Below, piece after piece: positions 1 to 9,273 of a DNA stretch of 64,000 nucleotides. The notes beneath the pieces are model-generated. The model was not told the origin of the DNA and ran no database searches. It saw only the letters and a list, made by a program, of their open reading frames with translations. The translations under genes were made by a program, and so were the position numbers. Location: assembly GCA_965249575.1 (NCBI GenBank), contig OZ252244.1, forward strand, positions 1,024,001 to 1,088,000, given 5' to 3'. Position 1 is the stretch's first letter. Each line of letters starts with the position of its first letter. This DNA comes from Gemmatimonadales bacterium (GTDB lineage: Bacteria; Gemmatimonadota; Gemmatimonadetes; Gemmatimonadales; GWC2-71-9).

Positions 1-1740
1 CGCTGCAATTCGTACTCGAGCGACAGGCCCTCGGTGACGGCGTAGGCGGCGGCTGCGGTCCAGAGTTGGAAATCCGAATCAAAGTTGCGCCCAAAGCGGT
101 ACCCCACCTGCACGGAGTTGAACTCCCGCGTGTTGTAGCCAACGTCGAGTTGTAGCGCCCGGTTGCGAAAGTCGCTCTCGAACCGCTTGAACTCCTCCTG
201 TAACGTCGCGCCGAAGCTCAGCCGATTTCGAAACTCGATGTTGAGTGACTGGTCGACTTGCCAGCTTCGCAGCACGTTACGTTGGCTGTGGTAGATGTTG
301 TAGTTCGAGTTGTAGTGGAGCCGTTCGATGATTGAACCGGCGATCCAGAAGCTGTGCTCGAGCGCCGAGTCGAATTCTCGGCGGTCGTCGTCTCGAATGA
401 ACCCGACGGCGTTCACGTTATCGGCGAAATTCTCGCCGAGATGCGTGAACCGCACGTGGAAATGAGACGTGGGCGTATCCCACGACGGCCGAATGAAGTA
501 TGCCAATGTTCCGGTGTCGAACTCGCCCCAGCTCTTCGCGAGCTGTGCAGTCATACCGAGTGTTCGAGTGAAGAACAGGGTCGCGTCGGTGCTGATGGAA
601 CCATCGTTGCCGCCCAGCGTGCGGTTTGCAAGCACCAACCCGACGTTGGACGGTCCGAGGTTGCGTTGCACCCGACCCATCGTGTACGTGGGAGTATTCG
701 CGGCTGGTCCACGGGGGGACCGCGCGGCCAGCGCCTGCACGTTCCAGGTCTCTCCTCGGCCCAGCACCTGGGTGCCGAAGTCGATGTCGGCGATGCGCCG
801 GGAGTACAAGGTACGGATGCGCTGGCGATACAACTCCGCGCTTTCCGCGCTTTTCCGGCAGTGCGAGCTCAAAGCGGGTCAGGTTCACACGCTCCTGATC
901 CGCCTCGATCGTCGCGAAGTCCGGGTTGATGGTGGCGAACGCATTCAGCTGCGGCGTGTGGGCGTAGCGTGCGTCGATGCCCGCGTCGACATCGATCGTC
1001 GTGTCCCGCTGCCCCCGCGACAGACCGTACGCGATGAACTGATGTCGCCGTGATGGCGCTGCGATCTGGAGTCCTCGAATAGCACCGGCTTGTGATACTC
1101 TCCACTGGTTCTCCAGCGGCCCCGCCCAGTAGCTCACCTCGAGCGTCCGCCGCCGGCTCCGGCCAAAGTTGATCCCCCACACGCGGCCCGCACCGGACGC
1201 GAAACTCATCGATCGGAACGGGATCGCCATCTCGGCCGTCCATCCCGAATCGGTTGGCGCGGCGCCGGCTCGCCACGCGGCGTCCCATGTATCGTCCACG
1301 GTCCGCCCGTCGTTGGCCACGCGTCCATCCGCCTGGGTACCGAGCAGATTGGTCATGAAGTAGTACGCGGACTGCTTGTCGTTGTGCGTATCGAGGAGGA
1401 GCACGACCGCGTCGTCGTCTAGCAGCTGTGCATCGCGCCGAGTGAGCTGTGCGGCCGGCGGATCTGGATCGAAGACCGTGAAAGCAACGTAGATCCGGCT
1501 CGAGTCGTAGAGCACCATTGCGTCGGTGCGCCAGGGTGACCGAGTTCCACGCCGTGGCTCGAATCGGATGAAGTCGGTGGCATGCGCCGCGTTCCGCCAT
1601 TCCCCTTCGCCCATGACGCCGTCGATCACGGGCGGCGTGTCCGTCTGGATGGCCGGAATCACGAAACCGGAGTCAGGTACCTCGTTGCTCTGCACCGTTG
1701 CGGCCGAGAGCAGAAGGAGGGTCGCGGTGAGCATTGCCAT
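1..1740 (-). CDS. Secreted CBM9-like/DUF5916-family protein; frameshift near 845; runs off the window end
   Basis: Signal peptide, PPVIDG..EGEW, YDSSRIYVAF, WTAEMAIPF and TINPDFATIEAD motifs. After ELALPEKR the coding signal continues in another frame (AELYRQRIRTLYSRRIADIDFG...) to the window edge. Confidence 0.7.
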
Positions 1741-1827
1741 GGACTATATCTCCGATCGGCAGGCGTGCCAGGCTTCTCGGTCGACGAGGTGGCGGGCGGC
1801 ATCCTCACGGAGACACTCGGAGGGATC

Positions 1828-3981
1828 ATGACGACGAAGCGAATCCTCCACCGCGGTGTGGTGGCGGTCGGCCTCGCTGCAGCCCTGGCCGCCTGCTCGG
1901 CCGGACCGGTCCGGATCGATGACGACGACATCGGGGGAGTGGTTAGCGGTCCGAACGGACCCGAAGCCGGCGTTTGGGTCATCGCGGAAACGCACGACCT
2001 CCCAACGCCGTTCGTGCGAATCGTCGTCACCGACAGTCGCGGCCGCTACGTGTTGCCCGACCTCCCACCAGCGAGCTACAGCGTATGGGCGCGCGGGTAC
2101 GGGCTGGTCGACTCGCCCAAGACCGACGCCGCTCCGGGACGTCTACTGGACCTGACGGCCGTTGTGGCTCCAAACGAACGGGCCGCGGCAGAGTACTACC
2201 CGGCGGCGTACTGGCTTTCACTCCTCCACGTACCGAGCAAAGAAGAGTTTCCGGGCACCGGACCGAGCCCCGCCGGTAACGGCATCTCGCCCAACATGCA
2301 GAACCAGGCCCAATGGCTGAGGATCGTGAAGTCCGGGAACTGCACGGCGTGCCATCAACTGGGCACGCCGGGCATGCGGAAGATCCCAGCTGAGCTCGGC
2401 GAGTTCGAGAGCTCCGAGGCCGCATGGGAGCGGCGAATCCAGTCCGGACAGGCCGGCCGATCGATGAGCCGTTCGCTCGACTTCTTCGGCAGGGGCCGTG
2501 CGTTGGCGATGTTCGCCGACTGGACCGATCGCATCGCCGCCGGGGAGGTTCCGCCCACGCCACCCAGGCCTCAGGGCATCGAGCGAAGCGCCGTCATCAC
2601 CCTGTGGGACTGGGCCGACCCCAAGGCGTACCTCCACGACGTGGTCTCGACCGACCGCCGGGATCCGACGGTGAACGCCAACGGCCCCGTCTACGGGGCG
2701 CTCGAGGCGAGCGCGGACTACCTACCCGTGCTCGATCCGGCGAGCCACACGGCGAGTCGGGTACCGCTCACGGTCCGCGATCCGAACACGCGTCCAGCAG
2801 CGGGACCATCGATGCCCGCTCCGTCGCCGTATTGGGGCGACGAGGTCATCTGGACCAGCAAGACCAACGTCCACAACCCCATGATCGACGATCGAGGTCG
2901 CGTCTGGCTCACAGCGACGGTGCGGCCTCCGGACAACCCGGCCTTCTGTCGCGAGGGGTCGAGCCATCCGTCCGCACAGATGTTCCCAACCGACAGGGCC
3001 TATCGCCACCTCGCGGTCTACGATCCGAGTAGCGGCGAGCTCACCCACGTCAGTACGTGCTTCAGCACACACCATCTCATGTTCGCCGAAGACGCGACCA
3101 ACACGCTCTGGACCAGCGGCGGCGGACAGGTTGTCGGCTGGCTGAACGTAAAGTTGTTCGACGAGACGGGCGACGAGGAGCGATCGCAGGGCTGGACCCC
3201 GCTCGTGCTCGACGCGAACGGCAACGGCCGGCGGGACGACTATGTCGAGCCCGATGAGGCGCTCGAACCCGCCAAGGACAAACGTATCCTGGCCGGATTC
3301 TACGGGGTCGCGCCCGCACCCGACGGGTCGGTGTGGGCCTCGTCGCTGGGCTATCCCGGCGCGGTGGTCCGGCTCGATCCGGGTCCCAATCCGCCGGCGA
3401 CCGCCCTGGCGGAGCTGTATCAGCTCCCGTTGGACGAGCGAGGGGAGCCCGTGCGCGGATTCTCGCCGCGGGGCTTCGACATCGACCGGGACGGCGTTGC
3501 GTGGGTGGCGCTGGCGAGCGGTCACATGGCGAGCTTCGACCGTCGCAGGTGCACGGGGCCGCTCAACGGTCCCACCGCGACCGGGCAGCATTGCCCCGAG
3601 GGGTGGACGTTTTACACCGAACCGGCGCCGCAGCTGCAGGGCGTCACGGACGACGGCAGCGCTGAGGCCAGTTATTACACCTGGGTCGACCAGTTCGATG
3701 TGCTCGGGCTCGGAGAGAACGTGCCCATCAACACCGGAAACGCCTCCGAGGGGTTGCTCGTCTTGAAGGACGGTGAGTGGATCGTGCTGCGGGTTCCGTA
3801 TCCTACAGGATTCTACACCAAGTGGATGGACGGCCGGATCGACGATCCGGGCGCCGGCTGGAAGGGGCGAGGGCTTTGGGCGACCGTGAGCACGCGGGCG
3901 CCGTTTCACATGGAGGGCGGGAAGGGCACCACGAGCAAGGTGGTGAAGTTCCAGCTCCGCCCCGATCCACTGGCACGGTAG
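1828..3981 (+). CDS. Lipoprotein with carboxypeptidase-regulatory-like N-domain, one c-type heme motif and a probable beta-propeller
   Basis: LAAALAAC lipobox; IGGVVSGPNGPEAGVWVIAET; CTACH CxxCH motif; C-terminal KVVKFQLRPDPLA. Confidence 0.8.
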   Translation: MTTKRILHRGVVAVGLAAALAACSAGPVRIDDDDIGGVVSGPNGPEAGVWVIAETHDLPTPFVRIVVTDSRGRYVLPDLPPASYSVWARGYGLVDSPKTDAAPGRLLDLTAVVAPNERAAAEYYPAAYWLSLLHVPSKEEFPGTGPSPAGNGISPNMQNQAQWLRIVKSGNCTACHQLGTPGMRKIPAELGEFESSEAAWERRIQSGQAGRSMSRSLDFFGRGRALAMFADWTDRIAAGEVPPTPPRPQGIERSAVITLWDWADPKAYLHDVVSTDRRDPTVNANGPVYGALEASADYLPVLDPASHTASRVPLTVRDPNTRPAAGPSMPAPSPYWGDEVIWTSKTNVHNPMIDDRGRVWLTATVRPPDNPAFCREGSSHPSAQMFPTDRAYRHLAVYDPSSGELTHVSTCFSTHHLMFAEDATNTLWTSGGGQVVGWLNVKLFDETGDEERSQGWTPLVLDANGNGRRDDYVEPDEALEPAKDKRILAGFYGVAPAPDGSVWASSLGYPGAVVRLDPGPNPPATALAELYQLPLDERGEPVRGFSPRGFDIDRDGVAWVALASGHMASFDRRRCTGPLNGPTATGQHCPEGWTFYTEPAPQLQGVTDDGSAEASYYTWVDQFDVLGLGENVPINTGNASEGLLVLKDGEWIVLRVPYPTGFYTKWMDGRIDDPGAGWKGRGLWATVSTRAPFHMEGGKGTTSKVVKFQLRPDPLAR

Positions 3982-4115
3982 CCGGACCCGGCCAATCTCC
4001 CTTCGGGTCGCCGGGGCGGGGGGTACACGTCGAACGAGCACCGCGACTTGGCGCCACGCCCGCCACCCGGGACAAACGAAGCCCGCTCATCGAAGGATGG
4101 GCGGGCGCGGCCTCA

Positions 4116-4328
4116 TCATGTTGGCCCAAGCACGACGTCTTCGCCGCAGGGCGCCGCCCCCGACTCTGGTACGAAACGACCAACGGGACCGACAATCCGA
4201 TACCGCAAGGTTGTCGGTACACTGCGATCCCCCCCTACGTGCACCTTCACGGACACGAGGCCCTCTTCGATCCACAGCACCTGCCCATTTAGAGCTCCTC
4301 CAAGGAGCCTCACTCGGACTACACCCAT
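4116..4328 (-). CDS. Small hypothetical protein
   Basis: 70-aa ORF (MGVVRVRLLGGALNG...) with beta-rich, protein-like composition. Confidence 0.35.
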   Translation of the reverse strand: MGVVRVRLLGGALNGQVLWIEEGLVSVKVHVGGDRSVPTTLRYRIVGPVGRFVPESGAAPCGEDVVLGPT

Positions 4329-4381
4329 CGAATTGTGTTTCCTTCGCGTTAGGCTGGCGGATCCCCAGCGGCAACCCGGCG

Positions 4382-4555
4382 TCAGCGGACCGGGATCACC
4401 CAATCGTAGGAGAGATCCACGTGCTTTTGCGGTGCCGTTGGATCCGGCGCGAACAGACGAACGACTCGTGCGGTCATCGATATCAGCTTGCCCTCGTACA
4501 CCGTCTTACGATCCAACCATTTCACTCTGCGGAGGTTGGTGGTCTTCTTGAGCAT
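4382..4555 (-). CDS. Small hypothetical protein
   Basis: ORF MLKKTTNLRRVKWLDRKTVYEGKL..., co-oriented with its neighbours. Confidence 0.3.
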   Translation of the reverse strand: MLKKTTNLRRVKWLDRKTVYEGKLISMTARVVRLFAPDPTAPQKHVDLSYDWVIPVR

Positions 4556-4793
4556 GAAACGACGCATAGTCTTCTACTCCTGAACGTGTTGGGTTTCCTG
4601 ACCTGGGAGAAGCTCTTCCCACGACACAGCACCAATCAGTCCAACCTGACGATATTTCGGCCGTGGCACGCCGGTCGGCGTGAGCCACCGCTCGACCAGC
4701 GCCGGTCACCAAGATGCCGCGACTGGCCAGCTGTTCGACCGGCGGACGGGTCGGGGGTGGATTTTCCGAGGACGATCTCCAACCGCGGCGCGG

Positions 4794-5366
4794 TCAAAGT
4801 CCGCTACCGATCAGCTTCTCCTCGAGCTCCGGAAAGGCCGACAGGACCATGTCCACCAAGCGCTCGGGGGAGCGGGTCAGCACATCGGTGACGGGGATCC
4901 CGAGTTCGAACCCGTACCGCGTGATGGCCGCGCTGACGTCGGCGTCGGACATGTTCTCGTGGTTAATCGTGAGGCCGATGACCTTCGTCTCGGCGAAGGT
5001 CTCAATGAGATTGAGAAATAGTCAGGGACGCCTCCGGCGTGGATCAGTGCGGCGGCGAGGTCGCGGCACATGGGGATGCCGTTCGGCTCCTCGTTCAATA
5101 CCTCCCCGGCATCGAGTCCGACCTTTTCGCTGTCGATGACCGCGAGGATCTCGCACAATGCCGAGTGACGAACGAGTCCGTTAGCGGTCTTTGCCGTCGA
5201 TGTCAGCGAAGTTGGCTTCACAATAGACGATTGCGGTTGCGACGGGCTCCTGTACGCGGCTGGATCGTGGCGGCGCGTGCACCGCTGCATCGCTTTTGAC
5301 GGTAGAGTCGTAATCGGTGGCGAGTGCGTTCGACGAACCGGAGGGTGGGGCTGCAGGCATGCGCAC
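4794..5366 (-). pseudogene. DUF1611-family protein, internally deleted and frameshifted
   Basis: N-terminal ATAIVYCEANF..DGKTANGLVRHS...GIPMCRDL...VPDYF is joined directly to C-terminal LIETFAETKVIGLTINHENM...LGIPVTD; the central P-loop part is missing. Confidence 0.75.
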
Positions 5367-5600
5367 TCCTCGAGTTGGGCTCAGAGGAGGCGACGGAATC
5401 GCTCCGGCCGGATCCGGCCGGATGTCAAGGAGATCCCCGCTAAGTCAGGTGTACAATAGGCAATTTACATCGGATCGACCCCGAGGGACAGGCCGGTGTC
5501 GGGAAACATGCGTGCGAACCGAACCGACACCGTGAGGAGTGCGACGACTTGAACACTCGAGCGGGTTCCGGCACGGCGTCTGTGCTCCCCTCTTCACCCA

Positions 5601-5618
5601 ATGGGCAGGGTAGAGTTG
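5601..5618 (-). repeat. Degenerate copy of the tRNA-Ile 3' end (old att site)
   Basis: atgggc-agggtagagttg versus atgggccagggtagagttg at 6271 and 14605. The left flank tcttcacYca is shared with the 6271 copy. Confidence 0.7.
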
Positions 5619-5750
5619 TTGCGAAGCAGAGCGAGCAGCGCCGGAGGCGAGGGGTCGGAGCGATCACCACATCAATGTCCATGGTGGCCCGTCCAGCGCC
5701 GTCGAGAGGCGGGCTGTAGCGCGACGAGCCCGGGCTTCAGCCCGGGGATA

Positions 5751-5825
5751 GCCGGCACCCAGCTCGCGCTCGATGCGGTAGCGATCGACCAGGGCGGCGA
5801 TGAGGCGATTCAATTGGTCTGTCAC
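5751..5825 (-). pseudogene. N-terminal remnant of a Ser/Thr protein kinase
   Basis: VTDQLNRLIAALVDRYRIERELGAG is paralogous to the start of the 9274 kinase (MADLLDRLKAAVADRYRIERELGAG), then the similarity stops. Confidence 0.75.
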
Positions 5826-6005
5826 GGAGCACAAGATGGGCTCCCTGGCGCCAGGTAGCAGGGCAATGGTCGCAGGGACTGGGTTTCCGGCCCTCGATCC
5901 GGTTTGTGAGGCTCGAGTGTGTCGCATTTATCTGTGGAGGCTGCGAGGTGAGTGTTATCTCGAATTGTTACTGCGGGATTTCAGTGGTCCCCAAAACGGA
6001 GAACT

Positions 6006-6173
6006 CGCCGCAAGTTCGCGGCCGAGATGAAGCACACACCGCTCAAAGATCTCTGCTACCTGGGCGGGTGGAAGGACCCGCAGACGGTGCTCAAGTGCTA
6101 TCAGCGGCCCGACGAGATCACGATGCGCGAGGCACTGGCAAACAGCAGGCCGCTCGAGGCGGGTGAAGCGTAG
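6006..6173 (+). pseudogene. C-terminal fragment of a tyrosine integrase
   Basis: RRKFAAEMK...LGGW...VLKCY matches the catalytic R, H/W and Y positions; it points toward the att site at 6271. Confidence 0.75.
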
Positions 6174-6224
6174 CCCGAATCGACACCACGAACCGACGCC
6201 ACCGGAGTATTTCCTCCAAAACGA

Positions 6225-6256
6225 ATCCCGCCCAGTGTCGTAACACCAAGCGGGAT
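6225..6256. terminator. Hairpin next to the att site
   Basis: atcccgcccagtgtcgtaacaccaagcgggat inverted repeat just beyond the tRNA 3'-end copy. Confidence 0.5.
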
Positions 6257-6270
6257 CACCTCTTCACTCA

Positions 6271-6315
6271 ATGGGCCAGGGTAGAGTTGAACTACCGACC
6301 TCACGCTTATCAGGC
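6271..6315 (-). repeat. attR-like 45-bp exact duplication of the tRNA-Ile 3' half
   Basis: Identical to 14605-14649. Confidence 0.95.
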
Positions 6316-6513
6316 ACCCCAACAGGGGTACGGAATCCGACACGTTACCCTATTTACCTAGGTGGATCGTGCGATCTGCCGGATTCCAAACCGCGCAAGA
6401 CGGCACCCTGCCGGCCTCAATCGACAGCAGAACCGACAGCAACCGACTCAAAACCGCGTCCCCGGACCTACACTTTGCCTACTTCGCGCATTCCTTAATC
6501 CCGGTCTCTGGCG

Positions 6514-6541
6514 GTTGGTACCATCGCCCGACGGTAATCCC
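6514..6541 (+). repeat. Junction site S1 (gttggtaccat-CGCCCG-acggtaatccc)
   Basis: One of five co-oriented copies in the island. Confidence 0.75.
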
Positions 6542-6673
6542 TTTGTTGATAAGGAAGTCACTGAGCTGTGAGCCTGGCGAAACGTATGGGTCGTTCGGCG
6601 CCTTTTCGAATAGCAAGCAATAGAGCCGCAGCTTATGGGCAACGGCCGTTAGACCGTTGGAGTAAGAACACCG

Positions 6674-6898
6674 TCACGGAAGATCGTCACTCACATCGAC
6701 GAGCTCCTTCCCGAACTCCAGGCAGAACACGCGTGCCTCGTCCTCTGACCCAAACTCCCGGGGATCGTCAAAACGCTTGACCCACGATCCCGACGAGTCG
6801 TGGCGCCAGATCTCCACCCGCGTGCCCCACCGGTCCGACTCCCCGATTTCATAGGGAGTCGCAACGATTTGAAACCCGTGGTAAGAGACGGTTTCCAT
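6674..6898 (-). CDS. Small hypothetical protein
   Basis: 74-aa ORF METVSYHGFQIVATPYE...EEARVFCLEFGKELVD-like tail, globular composition. Confidence 0.6.
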   Translation of the reverse strand: METVSYHGFQIVATPYEIGESDRWGTRVEIWRHDSSGSWVKRFDDPREFGSEDEARVFCLEFGKELVDVSDDLP

Positions 6899-7071
6899 TG
6901 AGCGTCAGGCCCTGCATCGGATCATTGCCCAGGTTAGCCGGTAGCAGCGAGCGGGGTAGGGCGGTTTTGGGACATTGAGGGGTGCTGCTGGGACTCTCTC
7001 GACGGGCGCCATTACGACCTCGATCGGTCCAGCCGATACTAGCAAGGGAACGCAGGACGGAGGTCATCCGA

Positions 7072-7937
7072 TTGGCGCTGTTCATACAAGAGCTCAATGA
7101 GCTCCTGCTGCGAGGAGAGGATCTCCCCACCCTCCCGGACGTGGTGTTCCGGCTCCACGCGGCCTTGGACGATGACCTGGCGAGCGAAGCGCGGATCGCC
7201 GGGATTATCGAAACGGATCCAGCCCTCACCACCCGGCTGCTGCGGAGCTCCAACTCCGCACTCCTGAATCAGGGTGATCGAATCAGCACGGTCACCGCGG
7301 CGGTCCAGCGCTTGGGGCTGCGGCAGGTGCGGGTGATGTGTCTCGCCCTAGCAGTCGTCCAGGCATTTTCCTCCAAAAACGGCGGACTGGATCATCGCGA
7401 ACTGTGGTCCCATTCCGCTGGCGTCGGGCTGCTGGGGCAACATCTCTGGCGGCTCCGACAGTCCTCCGGATCGATCACCTCGGACGACCTCTACGTGGCG
7501 GGCCTCCTTCACGACGTGGGCTTGCTGCTTCTCGATCAGTACTTCCAAGAGCGGTTTCGGGAGGTTCTGGACCTTCGTGAGTTGGGGGGGGATCCCCTGT
7601 GGCGAAGCGAAGAAATTGTGCTCGGAACCGACCACGGCGAGATCGGGGGTTGTTGCTGGGACGCTGGTCACTTCCGGACGAGGTCATTGCGATCGTGGCG
7701 GCACACCATCATCCCGATACCGCGGCCGAGGAGTATCGCGATGCCGGCCGGGTCGTCCAGGCCGCTGAAAGCATCTGCAACGCGCACGGCCTCGGGGTGG
7801 CGCTCGAAGACGGCCCGGCCCCCGAACCGTCGGAGCTACTGCAGTCGGTTGGCTTGGAGGACCCTGCGATCGAGACGGTCCTCGACGAGCTTCAAGGCAT
7901 CACGGCGAGCGCCCGGGACTTCATGCAAGCAGCCTAA
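7072..7937 (+). CDS. HDOD-domain signalling protein (frameshift at a G-run near 7645)
   Basis: LPTLP, DPALTTRLLRSSNS, AVQRLG, AGLLHDVG and DHGEIG, continuing in another frame as LLGRWSLPDEVIAIVAAHH; GGAGG precedes the TTG start. Confidence 0.85.
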
Positions 7938-7947
7938 AGCGCCAGTC

Positions 7948-8244
7948 TCACGTCGCGTCCGTGATCAGCCTATGTGACTCCGTCCGAGCATATCGCTGGA
8001 CCCATCGCTGGACGGCCAGGCCACAGCGATCTCGCATGGCATCGGTCACCGGGGCCTCCGCCCCATTCGGTTGGAGAATGCTGAGGAGTCGGCCGACGAG
8101 CGCACCCCGCCACGTCGGAGAGAAGTTTCCCCACCAATAGGCGACGAGGGCGGCTACCCGCTCCTCCGGACGGCCGTCGAGCTGCAAATAGACGTCGGGG
8201 ATGTACCACCCTCGCTCACGGTCCTGCTCGAAGCTCGCTGCCAT
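7948..8244 (-). CDS. Hypothetical protein
   Basis: 98-aa ORF convergent on HDOD, starting just inside site S2. Confidence 0.45.
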   Translation of the reverse strand: MAASFEQDRERGWYIPDVYLQLDGRPEERVAALVAYWWGNFSPTWRGALVGRLLSILQPNGAEAPVTDAMRDRCGLAVQRWVQRYARTESHRLITDAT

Positions 8245-8283
8245 ATCCAGGTAGTATCGACCGGAGGGCGATCCGGTTTAGGC

Positions 8284-8318
8284 ACCGGTACCATCACCCG
8301 GCGGTAATCGGGTACCTG
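8284..8318 (+). repeat. Junction site S2 (accggtaccat-CACCCG-gcggtaatcgggtacctg)
   Basis: Repeat copy. Confidence 0.8.
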
Positions 8319-8330
8319 TCCTACGAGGCG

Positions 8331-8405
8331 GGTTCGGGGGAACAGGAAGGCGCAGACCTATGACTTCGCCGGTTATCCAGTAATCCCACCCTGTTCCCCC
8401 GAACC
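8331..8405. repeat. Perfect 16-bp inverted repeat (ggttcgggggaacagg / cctgttcccccgaacc) with a 43-nt spacer
   Basis: Read directly from the sequence, between S2 and S3. Confidence 0.9.
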
Positions 8406-8423
8406 TCAATGCCCGTTTTGACC

Positions 8424-8458
8424 CTTGGTACCATGTGACGGCGGTAGGCCAGTACCTG
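8424..8458 (+). repeat. Junction site S3 (cttggtaccat-GTGACG-gcggtaggccagtacctg)
   Basis: Repeat copy. Confidence 0.8.
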
Positions 8459-8655
8459 GAACGCGTCCGTGCAATTCCCTGTTCCCCTGGAGGCGAGTTA
8501 CCCGTGGCGGATTCTCTGCGATGTTGTCGCCTTCCTGGCTAACGGACACTCTCGGACGACCTGAGGCAGCACCGGCTATGCCTGCCGTTTCTGGCTGGGA
8601 ATCAGGCCCTAGGGTCGATACAGAGCGGATGGAAACAGTCTCCATGGAGGCACCC

Positions 8656-9168
8656 TTGAATATTCGACACGCTCGCTTCCTTACCCTCTCGATCAACTTT
8701 TGCGTCCTCGGTCTGTTAGGCCCGTCGAGCCAAGCTCTCGCACAAGGAGAAGATCAGGAGGAACTCAAGCGCATCGAACGTGAGCTTACGACCGCCGTGC
8801 TGCACGTGGCTGTTGCCACTCTAGAGCTCACGTATGCGGATGATTTTCGCTTCACGCACTCGACGGGCAACGTGCAAACGAAAGCCGAGTGGCTGAGGGA
8901 GCTGCAGAGCGGCACAACCAACTACACGGCGCGGAGTACTGATTCGATTGAAGTCGAGTTGCATGATGATGTCGCGATCACAACCGGCCGAATTCATGCG
9001 CGCACAGACTCTTCTGATCCAAGATGGAGGGAATACACAGTTTGGTACGTCCGGGTTTACGCTGAACGGGGTGGACGGTGGCAGCTGCTGTCACACCGTA
9101 CAGTTCGTGAGCAGACAGGGCCGCTTCCAGCACCGGAGAGCGAGGTGCCACAACAACTGCCTAACTAA
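8656..9168 (+). CDS. Secreted NTF2-like/DUF4440 protein
   Basis: Signal peptide (..SQALAQ), YADDFRFTHSTG..TKAEWL, DVAITTG, VRVYAERGGRWQLLSH; GGAGG before TTG. Confidence 0.8.
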   Translation: MNIRHARFLTLSINFCVLGLLGPSSQALAQGEDQEELKRIERELTTAVLHVAVATLELTYADDFRFTHSTGNVQTKAEWLRELQSGTTNYTARSTDSIEVELHDDVAITTGRIHARTDSSDPRWREYTVWYVRVYAERGGRWQLLSHRTVREQTGPLPAPESEVPQQLPN

Positions 9169-9273
9169 GTGACTCGAGGCTCCCCCCGCAGGCGTCACAA
9201 ACCTCGCTCTAAGTCTGGCCGGTCCGATTCCCGTGCCCTAGCTTAGTCGAAGAAGCAAAGTGGGAGTAGTCGC

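Noticed and set aside
5437..5472. AT-rich patch as a dif or res site
   Set aside because: Only a partial ATTTACAT match with no proper two-arm layout; more likely promoter DNA of the DUF1611 gene.
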